A stretch of DNA of 61,089 bases from a virus (IMGVR_UViG_3300025108_000045:1-61089); one strand, 5' to 3'. Counted from the stretch's first letter, positions 20,646 through 29,519 are shown. The notes: a model not told the origin generated them from the sequence alone. Made by a program: numbers and translations.

Positions 20646-22354
20646 ACAGCAGACCTCCTGTTTCCATAGGAACGACCGCCACGACCCATCTCAGCGCGAA
20701 TAAGGTCGCCAATTTCGCGAGCCAATTGCTTCTTGTCGGTCCTATCAGTCACACCTCCGACATTGATGTTGATAGTTGTACCACTGCCGCCTCCCAAACC
20801 AATACCGTCGGGGTTGTTGCGCTTGCTGAGAGGCACGACTGCTTCGGGTCCATCCTCGCCAATCATCGCGAGCGTCGGACTGTTGACGATACCACCCTTC
20901 GCGAGTTGAGGGATTTGCGGTAGCGAGAAATTCTTACCCCCGATAAGTGGGACATTATCGGGTATCTTAAAATCAAAACCTTTCGCGAAATCATTGTAAA
21001 TATCAACCACAGCGTTGAATGCATCTTTGAAACCGCTGACCAATCCGTCTTTGATGGTGGTTGGTATGCTCAAGAACCACTCCTTGAGCGCATCTCCACC
21101 GTCAAATAAAGCGGTCCAAAACCCTGTGACCACATTAACCAAAGCCGTCCAAAGACCATTGACAATGCCGAGAACAACTCCTACAATGAGGGCTAAAGCA
21201 GTCCCTATTCCTCCGGCAAGCAAAGCCAAGCCAGCAAGCGCGCCATAGAATATCAAGCCAGCCAATCCAAATAACCAATCCTTCGCTGTGGTAAGCAGTG
21301 CCATTATTTCATCCCAATAGCGAATTACAGACGCGACGACGAAAATGATAGCCGCGATGATAGCCGCAGGGACAGCCGCAACCCCGACGAGGAAAAGTCC
21401 CAAACCAATAAGAATGGCACTACCGATACCAAGCAGTATGGCTTTGAATCCATTAGCCGAACCTGTCAAGTAGGCAATCATACCACCAGCGCCAACCATG
21501 ATGAGAGCGAAGCCCCCTAAGACAGCCATGAGTGTGCGACCCACCACGGCCTGTAAAAGAAGTGAAGCAGTGCTACCCCAACCAAAGAAGCCCACCATCA
21601 AAGCGAAGAACCCTGTGAAGACACCAGCCGCTACGAGTGTAGCCGCCGCTACACTGTCAGTCTCGTTCTTCACTAATTGATACACACCAACGGCGGCAAA
21701 TACAGCCCCTATGGTCAAAGCCAAAGGAGCATTGAAGATAGCGAAAGCAACCGCTGTTGCAAGAACGGAAACCGCGAGAATATCAAACAAGGCCGTTAAA
21801 CCATCATCACCTTCGCCTGCGATAACGAGCACCAACCCTTGCATCGCATCATGCAATGGACCCATGTTTTCAGTGAGGGTCAGTACAACACTGTTCGACC
21901 CGTCGAATGCAATTGATAATGCGGCTAACGCGAAGCCTACAATGAGGAATATGCTTACCAGTGAAAATATGCGCGTCACTAAACGAGTGAATCTGTTATT
22001 CGCGGTATTGAGAATCGCATTGTTTGCTTTCGCGACACCGCCAAAGAACAACATACCAACCGTCAACTTCTGTAAAGCAGTCAAATCTTTGTAGCGGTGT
22101 TCTCTTTCTTCTTGGCTCATCGCCGCGGAGTTTGCAACAAACTTGGTGACATTACCCACCGCTTTAGCCATCCCCGCAAGGCTACGAACCATTCCTGTGA
22201 TTGGGTTTTTCGCGAACGCGGTTTTGATTTTGAGTTGTTGCTTTTCAAGCACACCCATTTTCTTCGACACATTGAGGTTGATGATACCAAGTTGCTCTAA
22301 TTGTTGAACAAGTTTTTCAATCTCATCAGCAACACCATCAATCTCATTCGCCAT
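20642..22354 (-). CDS. Tail tape measure protein (570 aa)
   Basis: Follows the chaperone pair; helical and hydrophobic; C-terminal LAKGGIVNSPTLAMIGEDGPEAVVPL motif typical of tape measure proteins. Confidence 0.85.
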   Translation of the reverse strand: MANEIDGVADEIEKLVQQLEQLGIINLNVSKKMGVLEKQQLKIKTAFAKNPITGMVRSLAGMAKAVGNVTKFVANSAAMSQEEREHRYKDLTALQKLTVGMLFFGGVAKANNAILNTANNRFTRLVTRIFSLVSIFLIVGFALAALSIAFDGSNSVVLTLTENMGPLHDAMQGLVLVIAGEGDDGLTALFDILAVSVLATAVAFAIFNAPLALTIGAVFAAVGVYQLVKNETDSVAAATLVAAGVFTGFFALMVGFFGWGSTASLLLQAVVGRTLMAVLGGFALIMVGAGGMIAYLTGSANGFKAILLGIGSAILIGLGLFLVGVAAVPAAIIAAIIFVVASVIRYWDEIMALLTTAKDWLFGLAGLIFYGALAGLALLAGGIGTALALIVGVVLGIVNGLWTALVNVVTGFWTALFDGGDALKEWFLSIPTTIKDGLVSGFKDAFNAVVDIYNDFAKGFDFKIPDNVPLIGGKNFSLPQIPQLAKGGIVNSPTLAMIGEDGPEAVVPLSKRNNPDGIGLGGGSGTTININVGGVTDRTDKKQLAREIGDLIRAEMGRGGRSYGNRRSAV

Positions 22355-22358
22355 TTTT

Positions 22359-22628
22359 TCACCATCCTTCGCTAAACGGCATCGGGCCGTGAGTTGAGCC
22401 TACGCGCGTCTTGTTCTTTGCACCATCGGTCGCCTTCTTCATCTCTTCGGCTTTCAAGCGTTCAGCGGCTACTCCCCACGCGAAAGATTTCTCGAAAGCG
22501 CTAATCGGCATATTCCACACATCAACCATACTCAACCCATAATGTTTCGCGACGAAGTACGCCGCTGAGTCAAAAGCCATGTCAGCGTCGGGGGTCGGTT
22601 TGCTCATGAAGTCGTAAACTTCACTCAC
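22359..22628 (-). CDS. Tail assembly chaperone, -1 frame extension (lambda gpT-like)
   Basis: Lies in the -1 frame of the upstream chaperone and is open from the slippery site (F-S-G-W-G-E-R-V-S-E-V-Y...). Confidence 0.75.
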   Translation of the reverse strand: MSEVYDFMSKPTPDADMAFDSAAYFVAKHYGLSMVDVWNMPISAFEKSFAWGVAAERLKAEEMKKATDGAKNKTRVGSTHGPMPFSEGW

Positions 22629-22987
22629 TCGTTCGCCCCACCCGCTAAAGGGTTCGCCATCAAGTCTTGAGGTTGAGGTAGCAGTGAAGTTATTTGTTGC
22701 GCAACAAAGGGTTTGAGCGCAGTCATTTGAGGAATGGTCAATCGTGGTTCAGTCTTCTCGATGCCGTTAATCAACATGTATTTCCAATAATTCGCGAGGT
22801 CAATATCCACACTACCATTGGTGGTGATGGTGACGAAAGTTTTGATTGCTTCTTGAAGTTGCATGAAGGATAACTCCTTCACCCATACTCTCATAACAAC
22901 ATCTTCGTCGTCTTCGCTCACTCTTATTTCATGCTCCACCGCTTGGTTACTCACCAAGAGGCTCATCGGGTCTGCTATTTTCGGCAT
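22625..22987 (-). CDS. Tail assembly chaperone (lambda gpG-like, 120 aa)
   Basis: Between tail tube and tape measure genes; ends at the slippery site; likely start MPKIAD. Confidence 0.75.
   Translation of the reverse strand: MPKIADPMSLLVSNQAVEHEIRVSEDDEDVVMRVWVKELSFMQLQEAIKTFVTITTNGSVDIDLANYWKYMLINGIEKTEPRLTIPQMTALKPFVAQQITSLLPQPQDLMANPLAGGANE
22646..22652 (-). other. Programmed -1 ribosomal frameshift slippery heptamer C CCT TTA
   Basis: X XXY YYZ in the correct phase near the chaperone 3' end; downstream hairpin TGAAGT-ttacg-ACTTCA (22607-22623). Confidence 0.75.
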
Positions 22988-23351
22988 CGTTCTCACTTAC
23001 TCCATCATCGCCTGCCGCGGCTTCTTCCGAAGGAACGGCTTCATCCACTTCAACTGCCTCATCCGAGGGGGCGTCCGCTTCAATTAGGCGAGCAATGAGT
23101 TCCGCCTTTGTACCAGTGACAGGAAGAGTGCGCGCTCGTAGGAGCGCTTTCAATTCTTCCACAGTCATAGATTCGTATGTTGGTTCCGCAACTTCAACAG
23201 GCTGTTCTTCTGTTTGTTGCTCTTCGGGGAATGGGTTGCCGTCAGTGAGCGCGGCATCGGGGTTGAATACTTCTTCAACAACTTGGGGTTCTTCAACAAC
23301 ACCGCGAAGGCGTAGTGGTCGTTCGTCGCCTGTGTGCATACTCTTCATCAT
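22947..23351 (-). CDS. Acidic SAP-domain protein (about 134 aa)
   Basis: YESMTVEELKALLRARTLPVTGTKAELIARL matches the SAP consensus; start overlaps the upstream TGA. Confidence 0.8.
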   Translation of the reverse strand: MMKSMHTGDERPLRLRGVVEEPQVVEEVFNPDAALTDGNPFPEEQQTEEQPVEVAEPTYESMTVEELKALLRARTLPVTGTKAELIARLIEADAPSDEAVEVDEAVPSEEAAAGDDGVSENDAENSRPDEPLGE

Positions 23352-23491
23352 CAGCACCCCATCTTTTCGCAGGTTGAGCCTTTTGATTTGCACTTAGGAC
23401 AGGTCTTGCAACCACGGCAACCTTTGCAGTCATCGCCTTTGCACATACTTTCTTTCAGTAGCGTTCCCCAACTTTCTCTCATCGGATTCAT
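23351..23491 (-). CDS. Leader-bearing Cys-rich microprotein (46 aa; absent from ORF track)
   Basis: Manual translation MNPMRESWGTLLKESMCKGDDCKGCRGCKTCPKCKSKGSTCEKMGC; GAGGTGA SD; fills the gap exactly. Confidence 0.8.
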   Translation of the reverse strand: MNPMRESWGTLLKESMCKGDDCKGCRGCKTCPKCKSKGSTCEKMGC

Positions 23492-23501
23492 CTTGTTCAC
23501 C

Positions 23502-25424
23502 TCACATGTGCAGGAAAGCATCGCGCGAGATTACGCGCACATGCTTTGGCATAATTTTCAATTCACTCTTGATAACGCCCTTATCTTCGGGGATAGGAAG
23601 CGGAGCCGACTCAATGATGTAGTCGTCAATAACGATAGTAATTTCTTCGCGGTTAGCACCAGCACCAGCCTTGGTCAGCGTGAGTGTGATTGGCTCAGTG
23701 AACGAGTGAGTCCTGTTTGTTCGGAACTCATGCCAAATGAGAGGGTCGCTTGCGATGATGGTCATGCTGAGACTGTATTCCATCTTCTTCTCAATCATGA
23801 GGTTAGCGTTGCGCGAACCACCGAATGGGATTTGTTCAAGGGAATCACCAGCGGTGTTGCGGGTTTCCGCTTGACCGTTCCCTCGAATGGTGTAAATTGC
23901 TTCTGTGTTGTTGTTGCCTTCAAGAGAGAAGTTAGTGACTTGCGCGATGTTGGTTCCGAATGAACTGATTTGACCATTGTAAAAGAAGTATGGCTTCTCA
24001 GTGTTTGGAGCGATACCAGCCTTCTTGCGGTTGACTGTGGAGTTAGCAGTGTTCTCAAACATACGGTGCGCGGTGTATCTGTCACCTTTGCTGGTATCTT
24101 CAAGACGACCTGTATCGGTGTAGCAGTAAAGCGCGTCGAAGTTGATTGATAATTTTACTTCTGCATCAGCATCAGCCGCGAGCGAGAAGTCCTTGACTTT
24201 GCATCCTTTCCATACGCGCGTAAGTTGCTTGCTGTCGTTAGCGGAGCCGGGCGCGGCTTCGTTAGCAAGAGCGTCAGTTGCGTTGCCGTTGAACGAGCCA
24301 ACATTGTGTGTTCGGATGCTGGATTCAATAGCGAATGAAGGAATCGTAGCGCCGGAGAATAGAAGTCGTGATTGGCGGTTGGTGATTGTTCCGAAAGATG
24401 CGGCAGTGGTGACAAAATCCGGTGAGCCTGTTGTTGTCGGGTCAGTGTAAGATACGCGCTTTAGTGAGTATCCCGTGTGACTGAAATGCAACGGCTCTTC
24501 AAGATGCAAGCGTAGTGTCGTTGTATCAATGTAAAGCACTTGACGAATTTCGTTCCTTTCGGCGTGTTGCAAATCGGTAGCCGTGGACCCATCACCCCAT
24601 TTAGCCCCTGTTGGCTGAACAAGGTCGGATGGGAAATTGGTGGCTGTACCGTCCTTGATAATGATGTATTCACCAGCCGAGAGGTTTGAGAGTGTGCCTG
24701 TGTATTCAACATAAGTGTCACCAGCGGCTATGTCCTCGAATGATGTTGCAGTGGGGTCACCGGAGATAACTGCCGTAGGTTCGTCAATAATTTCGCGACC
24801 AAGTGCGTAATACAACCAGCGCGCGCTGTTCATCATTGTCTCAAGAGAGCCACCCGTGTTCTCGAATCGTTGTGGTTCTTGGATGACCACATCACGACCG
24901 ACGCCTACTACATGAGCGCGTCGCACTTCCACTTTGGTTTCCGGTAGCGCAACGGTTGCGGCAAGACCAACGAATTGGTCCGTAAGGACAGACTCGTCGG
25001 ACGAATCGGCATTTGCATTGTAGGTGCTTCCTACATCAATAGTCGGTGTGCCTACGGTATCAATGATGAGTTCGTCACCGGATAATGATGTAGTGCTTGT
25101 GGATTTCATAGGAGGCGAAACGGTGAGTGAATCGCCACTGTTTGCGACAATTGTGTAAACATGGCCTTTGGTAGCATTGTCGTCAGCGGTGAAAGCACCA
25201 CTACCGATAACGCGAAGTTGCGAACCGACAAGCATACCCGCAGGGTATCGCAGAAGTGAACCGCTTGAGAAGAAACCTTCCGTCGCGCCTGTGAAGAGGA
25301 TGCCAGTGCCAGCGGCATTCGTCGCGAAACGAAGACCACCGAAGCCATCAAACGCCAGTGCGAGTCCACATTCTTTACCGAATGTCACTTCGGATAGGTC
25401 GCCTTTATACACTGTTGATGCCAT
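23502..25424 (-). CDS. Major tail tube protein (640 aa) with inserted domains
   Basis: Follows the terminator gene and precedes the chaperones; tube-like segments (RVWKGCKVKDFSL, VTNFSLEGNNN, IESAPLPIP). Confidence 0.75.
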   Translation of the reverse strand: MASTVYKGDLSEVTFGKECGLALAFDGFGGLRFATNAAGTGILFTGATEGFFSSGSLLRYPAGMLVGSQLRVIGSGAFTADDNATKGHVYTIVANSGDSLTVSPPMKSTSTTSLSGDELIIDTVGTPTIDVGSTYNANADSSDESVLTDQFVGLAATVALPETKVEVRRAHVVGVGRDVVIQEPQRFENTGGSLETMMNSARWLYYALGREIIDEPTAVISGDPTATSFEDIAAGDTYVEYTGTLSNLSAGEYIIIKDGTATNFPSDLVQPTGAKWGDGSTATDLQHAERNEIRQVLYIDTTTLRLHLEEPLHFSHTGYSLKRVSYTDPTTTGSPDFVTTAASFGTITNRQSRLLFSGATIPSFAIESSIRTHNVGSFNGNATDALANEAAPGSANDSKQLTRVWKGCKVKDFSLAADADAEVKLSINFDALYCYTDTGRLEDTSKGDRYTAHRMFENTANSTVNRKKAGIAPNTEKPYFFYNGQISSFGTNIAQVTNFSLEGNNNTEAIYTIRGNGQAETRNTAGDSLEQIPFGGSRNANLMIEKKMEYSLSMTIIASDPLIWHEFRTNRTHSFTEPITLTLTKAGAGANREEITIVIDDYIIESAPLPIPEDKGVIKSELKIMPKHVRVISRDAFLHM

Positions 25425-25444
25425 ATTATCTGCTCCGCCTTGGT

Positions 25445-25885
25445 TTACGCGATGAGTTCGCTAAAGATAACGATTTCGACTTGGAAGGTCATCCTGTGTA
25501 GCCTCTTCGTCCGGTCCGAAAGGTCAGTCCGTAATTTATAGAGTAATCGGTCAAAATTAGCCCCATCGCCCTTTCTTTTGCTATGGATGATGCGCCGAAC
25601 TTCATCTTCGATTTTCATGAGGTGCGGTCGTCCATTCATGGTGCGCGCATCGACTGTTACATTGATTCGCGTGTGAACGAAATCATAGAACACTTCGGGC
25701 TGTTCTTCCGCGTGCATGGTTTCGTAAAGAAGGATTGCGTCTTTGTTGGTAAGGTCGAGACGCTTCCCGCGTCCCGCTTCGACTGTGGTAATGTCTTCAA
25801 CGATAGGTGTTCGCTGATTCGTGTTACCACGATTCCACCCTGTGGTGAGAATGTCTTTCATAAGTTCGATTGATTCAAGCGCCAT
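25445..25885 (-). CDS. Tail terminator/completion protein (146 aa)
   Basis: Size, alpha/beta pattern and position directly upstream of the tail tube gene. Confidence 0.6.
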   Translation of the reverse strand: MALESIELMKDILTTGWNRGNTNQRTPIVEDITTVEAGRGKRLDLTNKDAILLYETMHAEEQPEVFYDFVHTRINVTVDARTMNGRPHLMKIEDEVRRIIHSKRKGDGANFDRLLYKLRTDLSDRTKRLHRMTFQVEIVIFSELIA

Positions 25886-26159
25886 TCAACCAACTCCCGA
25901 TATGTGACTGAGCGCGTGCTTGCTTCTTCGCTTTGCTGATGATGGCTTGGTAGTCGGGGTCGTTTTCTTTCATAACTTCACCGTTCTCCTTGATGATTTC
26001 CCCTTTGCTGTTGACAGCCGCGCCATAGTCAAGAGCGCACGCATCAAGGAAGATGCGCCCCTTGTCAGTAAAGATGGTATTCTCGCGCGCTTGAGCGATG
26101 GTTTCACTCAAGGCTTTAGCGAGTCCCTTCTTGATGGCTTCTTGCATACTATCACTCAT
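25875..26159 (-). CDS. Hypothetical neck-region protein (about 94 aa)
   Basis: Coupled ORF; likely start MSDSMQ. Confidence 0.55.
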   Translation of the reverse strand: MSDSMQEAIKKGLAKALSETIAQARENTIFTDKGRIFLDACALDYGAAVNSKGEIIKENGEVMKENDPDYQAIISKAKKQARAQSHIGSWLNGA

Positions 26160-26484
26160 CTTCGGGTCGCGGTGTTCGTTGAATTGATTGTTTTGGCTCA
26201 CTGTGGTAATCGGGGTTGTCCTTCATTTGTTCGCTTGTGTGTTTTTTAGCATCCCTTCTTACCTGTTGTAGCATTTGTTGTTGGTTTGCCTGTTCAAACG
26301 CTTCTGCTATGCGAGAAACGCCATGCTCGCGGTCGCCATCACCTTCAAATCCATGTCCGTAAGGGTCCATTTCTTGTGAAAAGTTGTGATAATTCATCAC
26401 CGAGGGATGAACAGCATTTCCTTCGCTATCAAGCATTCTTGGGTTGCCTTTCAAAAATATCCATGCTTCTTTCATTGGGTTCAT
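26152..26484 (-). CDS. Leader-bearing (MNPMKEAWIFLK) hypothetical protein (110 aa)
   Basis: In-operon ORF carrying the shared leader. Confidence 0.7.
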   Translation of the reverse strand: MNPMKEAWIFLKGNPRMLDSEGNAVHPSVMNYHNFSQEMDPYGHGFEGDGDREHGVSRIAEAFEQANQQQMLQQVRRDAKKHTSEQMKDNPDYHSEPKQSIQRTPRPEDE

Positions 26485-26488
26485 AGTA

Positions 26489-28069
26489 TCACAACACCGT
26501 CATTATCTCTGTGTAGCGCGGTAGCGTCTCCGCAACCTGCGCTTTGAATAATTGATACTTGCTACCCAAGTCCACATTCTGTGTTCCTTCGGGCAGTAGC
26601 ACGCTTCTGTCATCGGACAGAATCAAATCCATCGCAACCAACTTAGTACAAATATCTTCAATCGCCTTCTCGACATATCTCTCGCCGTACACATAGGATG
26701 CTTTGACGGCATTCCATGAGAAGTAAGGGTATGAGTTGTTGAAGTAAATGACGCCCAACTCGTAGTCAGCCCACCAATCGCGAAGACGAGCCTCGTCACC
26801 TGTGCTTGTTCCAACATAGTCAATCTTGAATTGCTTCTGTTTGAGGATAGCGCCAGCCGTTGCCGCCGCGGTAATGTCTCCAACAAGGTCGGTGACGCCG
26901 TTGAGCGTATTACCTGTGATGCTGGTGTAATACCCGTATGCCGCACCGATGTTGATAATGCCGAACGGTACGAGGGTTGTAATGTCGTTGAGAGTGATGG
27001 TTGTCGCTGTGGATGCGCTGACAGTTGTCTCAAGGTCAGTCGCGCCAGTGAAAGTGACGCCGGGTGATGTGCAAGCGTAAGTCGCGTTTTGTCCTGCTGA
27101 GCCGCGTCGCATAGAGGTGATTTTCAATTGAGCCGCTCCGTAGTCCGAGTTAGCGGAAGCCATGAACTCATGATGAACGCTGGCTGAAACAGTACCGTCA
27201 CTTTCTGTTATGTCTTCAAAGAGGAAAGAGGGAGTGAATGGTGTAGCGGCTTTTCCTTTGCGCGCATTCATGTTGATGAGGTCAGCCAACTGTTGTGCAG
27301 TGCTTACATTATCGAATTGCGCGCGGAACTTGGAACTTCCGTCACCTGCTTGTAATGTCGCGACACCGCCGCCGCCGGGACATAGGAATACTTTGTCAGT
27401 ATCAGCGGTGATTTGAGTGTAGTCGTGAATCTTGAGTCGAATTTCAGCCGCCGCTATTTCACGATAATCGTTGCCTTGCCATATTTCAAGACGAAGAATC
27501 TGTTGCGCGTTACGGAACATGAGAGGAACAGAACCCACATAATCAGTGTAGTAGCGACGACGATATGGTTTGTAGGTATCGAAATTGATGTACTCGGCAG
27601 TTTGCAACATGGGTCGCCATGCGTTGTTTGTAAGGTTGTCAATCTTATCTTGAGTTCGCAGAATGAGCGTCTCGACCTGTGCCTTGGTGATGCCCTTTCT
27701 CTTGCCGTTAGTGAAAGATTGGAGGTTTTGCACTTCTGCATTGTCAGCCGTAGTGTAATCGCCGGTCAAAGCGTCTGTAAAAGATAAGCGCACATTGCCG
27801 GAAGCGCGAGCAATGCTTGTGATAGTTCGCTCTTCACCCATCTCGGAATCACTGGCAATCTCAATTTTGTCACCTACTTCAAATCCAACCAATCGGTAGT
27901 CTGCGGGGGTTATGTCAACATGCGTCGAGCCGTCTTCTGCGGCCAAGTAAACAGGGTCGGGGAATGGTATTTGTAAAATGTCTGCAACTTTCTGTGCTGA
28001 TGTGTAGTAAAGTCTGTCGGGGAATAGAGGTCGTCCTTCGCGCTCACCTGTTTCAAACACAGTAGGCAT
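26489..28069 (-). CDS. Head-tail adaptor (gp6/gp15-like) with inserted beta domains (526 aa)
   Basis: YYTSAQKVADIL, LILRTQDKIDNLT and C-terminal SYVYG...AIEDICTKLVA fit the adaptor pattern; downstream of the capsid gene. Confidence 0.7.
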   Translation of the reverse strand: MPTVFETGEREGRPLFPDRLYYTSAQKVADILQIPFPDPVYLAAEDGSTHVDITPADYRLVGFEVGDKIEIASDSEMGEERTITSIARASGNVRLSFTDALTGDYTTADNAEVQNLQSFTNGKRKGITKAQVETLILRTQDKIDNLTNNAWRPMLQTAEYINFDTYKPYRRRYYTDYVGSVPLMFRNAQQILRLEIWQGNDYREIAAAEIRLKIHDYTQITADTDKVFLCPGGGGVATLQAGDGSSKFRAQFDNVSTAQQLADLINMNARKGKAATPFTPSFLFEDITESDGTVSASVHHEFMASANSDYGAAQLKITSMRRGSAGQNATYACTSPGVTFTGATDLETTVSASTATTITLNDITTLVPFGIINIGAAYGYYTSITGNTLNGVTDLVGDITAAATAGAILKQKQFKIDYVGTSTGDEARLRDWWADYELGVIYFNNSYPYFSWNAVKASYVYGERYVEKAIEDICTKLVAMDLILSDDRSVLLPEGTQNVDLGSKYQLFKAQVAETLPRYTEIMTVL

Positions 28070-28440
28070 CAGTCATCCCTCTCTCGCAAAGCCTCAAGTC
28101 GTCGTATAATTTTCTTAGGTATGCCCTTTTTTGGGTAGTGTCCATGCTTTTCATAAAACGCTTGAATCGCTTCTCTCGCAGGACCAACCTGTCGCCCCTC
28201 TTTCAACATGGCGCGTATGCGCTGTGCTTCATCCACTTTTGCTTGTTTCATGTCTATTTGATGCTGATACGATTGAGTCTGTGGCGTTTGTTGTGGAGCG
28301 GTGTTTTGGGCTTGTTGAGACACTTGTTGCTGTTGCCGTTGCATTTCGCGCATCTGTTGCGCCGCTTCGGGGAAACCTGCGGCCTCCATCTCTTCGGGCG
28401 TCATCTTGAGTAAGAGCCAAGCCTTTTCAAAAGGGTTCAT
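28069..28440 (-). CDS. Leader-bearing (MNPFEKAWLLLK) Gln-rich protein (123 aa)
   Basis: GAGGTGA SD; ATG overlaps the upstream TGA. Confidence 0.75.
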   Translation of the reverse strand: MNPFEKAWLLLKMTPEEMEAAGFPEAAQQMREMQRQQQQVSQQAQNTAPQQTPQTQSYQHQIDMKQAKVDEAQRIRAMLKEGRQVGPAREAIQAFYEKHGHYPKKGIPKKIIRRLEALRERDD

Positions 28441-28706
28441 CAAATCACCTCTTCGGTCTTGCCAAGGTTGTAGTCCATTGGTTTCTTACAAGCGCCGCAT
28501 CGTTCAAGGTAGCAGAAGTGTAGCATGCCACAGAAGCGGCAACGCGTACCTGCGCCAATGTTGACAATATCGCGAATGTTGCGTGTCTTCATGTTTTGGC
28601 GTTTCATAACACCCTTCAATTTGTCACGCGCATCGGTCTTCACCATGGACTCTTCGGCCTTACGCCAGCCTTGTTTTTCGAGGCGTTTCAGTTCATTCAA
28701 GTCCAT
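28440..28706 (-). CDS. Zinc-ribbon protein (88 aa)
   Basis: CRFCG...CGAC; AGGTGA SD before MDLNELK. Confidence 0.75.
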   Translation of the reverse strand: MDLNELKRLEKQGWRKAEESMVKTDARDKLKGVMKRQNMKTRNIRDIVNIGAGTRCRFCGMLHFCYLERCGACKKPMDYNLGKTEEVI

Positions 28707-28717
28707 GTCGCTCACCT

Positions 28718-28891
28718 TCAAGCGGTGACTACTACGACATAGAGGTTTCCTTGCATAAGGTACGAAGTCACACCTTCAATGGTTTTACCACTGGTGTAAT
28801 CATCGAGTACCTTTTGCACTCCGCCTGTCACTGTTGCGCCTGTTTCGCACGACTGTTCGGGAGTGAACTCAAACACTTTCGTATCCGACAA
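28718..28891 (-). CDS. Small hypothetical virion protein (57 aa; absent from ORF track)
   Basis: TTG start after GAGGTGA; MSDTKVFEFTPEQSCETGATVTGGVQKVLDDYTSGKTIEGVTSYLMQGNLYVVVVTA; fills the gap. Confidence 0.7.
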   Translation of the reverse strand: MSDTKVFEFTPEQSCETGATVTGGVQKVLDDYTSGKTIEGVTSYLMQGNLYVVVVTA

Positions 28892-28902
28892 GGTGAATCA
28901 CC

Positions 28903-29157
28903 TCATCGCTTACCGACTGCGAACAATTTGCCACCCAATGCTGTGCCGGGGTCGCCGTGAGTCACGGTGGTTCCAGTAATTACAATCGTTTCTTGAGGCA
29001 CGCCTGCGCCACCCCCGTTAGGGTTGACCATAGCCATGAGGATTTCACTCATGTAGTCGCTAAGGTCTGTGCTTGTGTCGCCGTCCTCGACAGTGCCTGT
29101 AATCACAATTAGATTGCCCATTGCTTGTGGTCGTGTATCTGCTGTAAATGCCATCAT
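28903..29157 (-). CDS. Small beta-rich protein, candidate capsid decoration protein (84 aa)
   Basis: Two genes after the capsid gene; Gly/Thr-rich beta pattern. Confidence 0.5.
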   Translation of the reverse strand: MMAFTADTRPQAMGNLIVITGTVEDGDTSTDLSDYMSEILMAMVNPNGGGAGVPQETIVITGTTVTHGDPGTALGGKLFAVGKR

Positions 29158-29519
29158 TCATCATCTCCTGTTGTTGTTTGTGCTTCTTCCGCCTCGTTAT
29201 TAGTATCTTCGGCAGGAGCAAGCGATTCGCTTGCCTTCGCGAGTAGCGTCTTCTTTGTGCTTGTAGCGCGATAAGAAATTGCTTTCTCGTCAAGCCAAGC
29301 CATAATGTCGCCCTTTGACCAAGTGTTATCCGGTGAGCCACCCTTGAGAGCCGCCTCTTCGTAACCTTCGACTACAAAGTCCTTGCCGACGAAGATTTTA
29401 TCCTTGTTGGACTCAATCCATTCTGCTGAGACTTCTCGCGCTTCCCCCCAAGTCCACCAACCAAGACGACCCATGTTCGCACCTGTGCGAAGTCGCCCTT
29501 TGTAGGTAATTGTAGGCAA
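29154..29519 (-). CDS. HeH/LEM-like helix-extension-helix protein (121 aa)
   Basis: TTG start after GAGGTG; WSKGDIMAWLDEKAISYRATSTKKTLLAKA motif; directly after the capsid gene. Confidence 0.65.
   Translation of the reverse strand: MPTITYKGRLRTGANMGRLGWWTWGEAREVSAEWIESNKDKIFVGKDFVVEGYEEAALKGGSPDNTWSKGDIMAWLDEKAISYRATSTKKTLLAKASESLAPAEDTNNEAEEAQTTTGDDE

Noticed and set aside
20642-22354. Membrane transporter
   Set aside because: Position after the frameshifted chaperones and the C-terminal GGIV...GEDGPEAVVPL motif indicate a tape measure protein.
23502-25424. Contractile tail sheath
   Set aside because: The size is sheath-like, but no separate tube gene or baseplate wedge genes were recognised and the motifs fit a tube protein with insertions.
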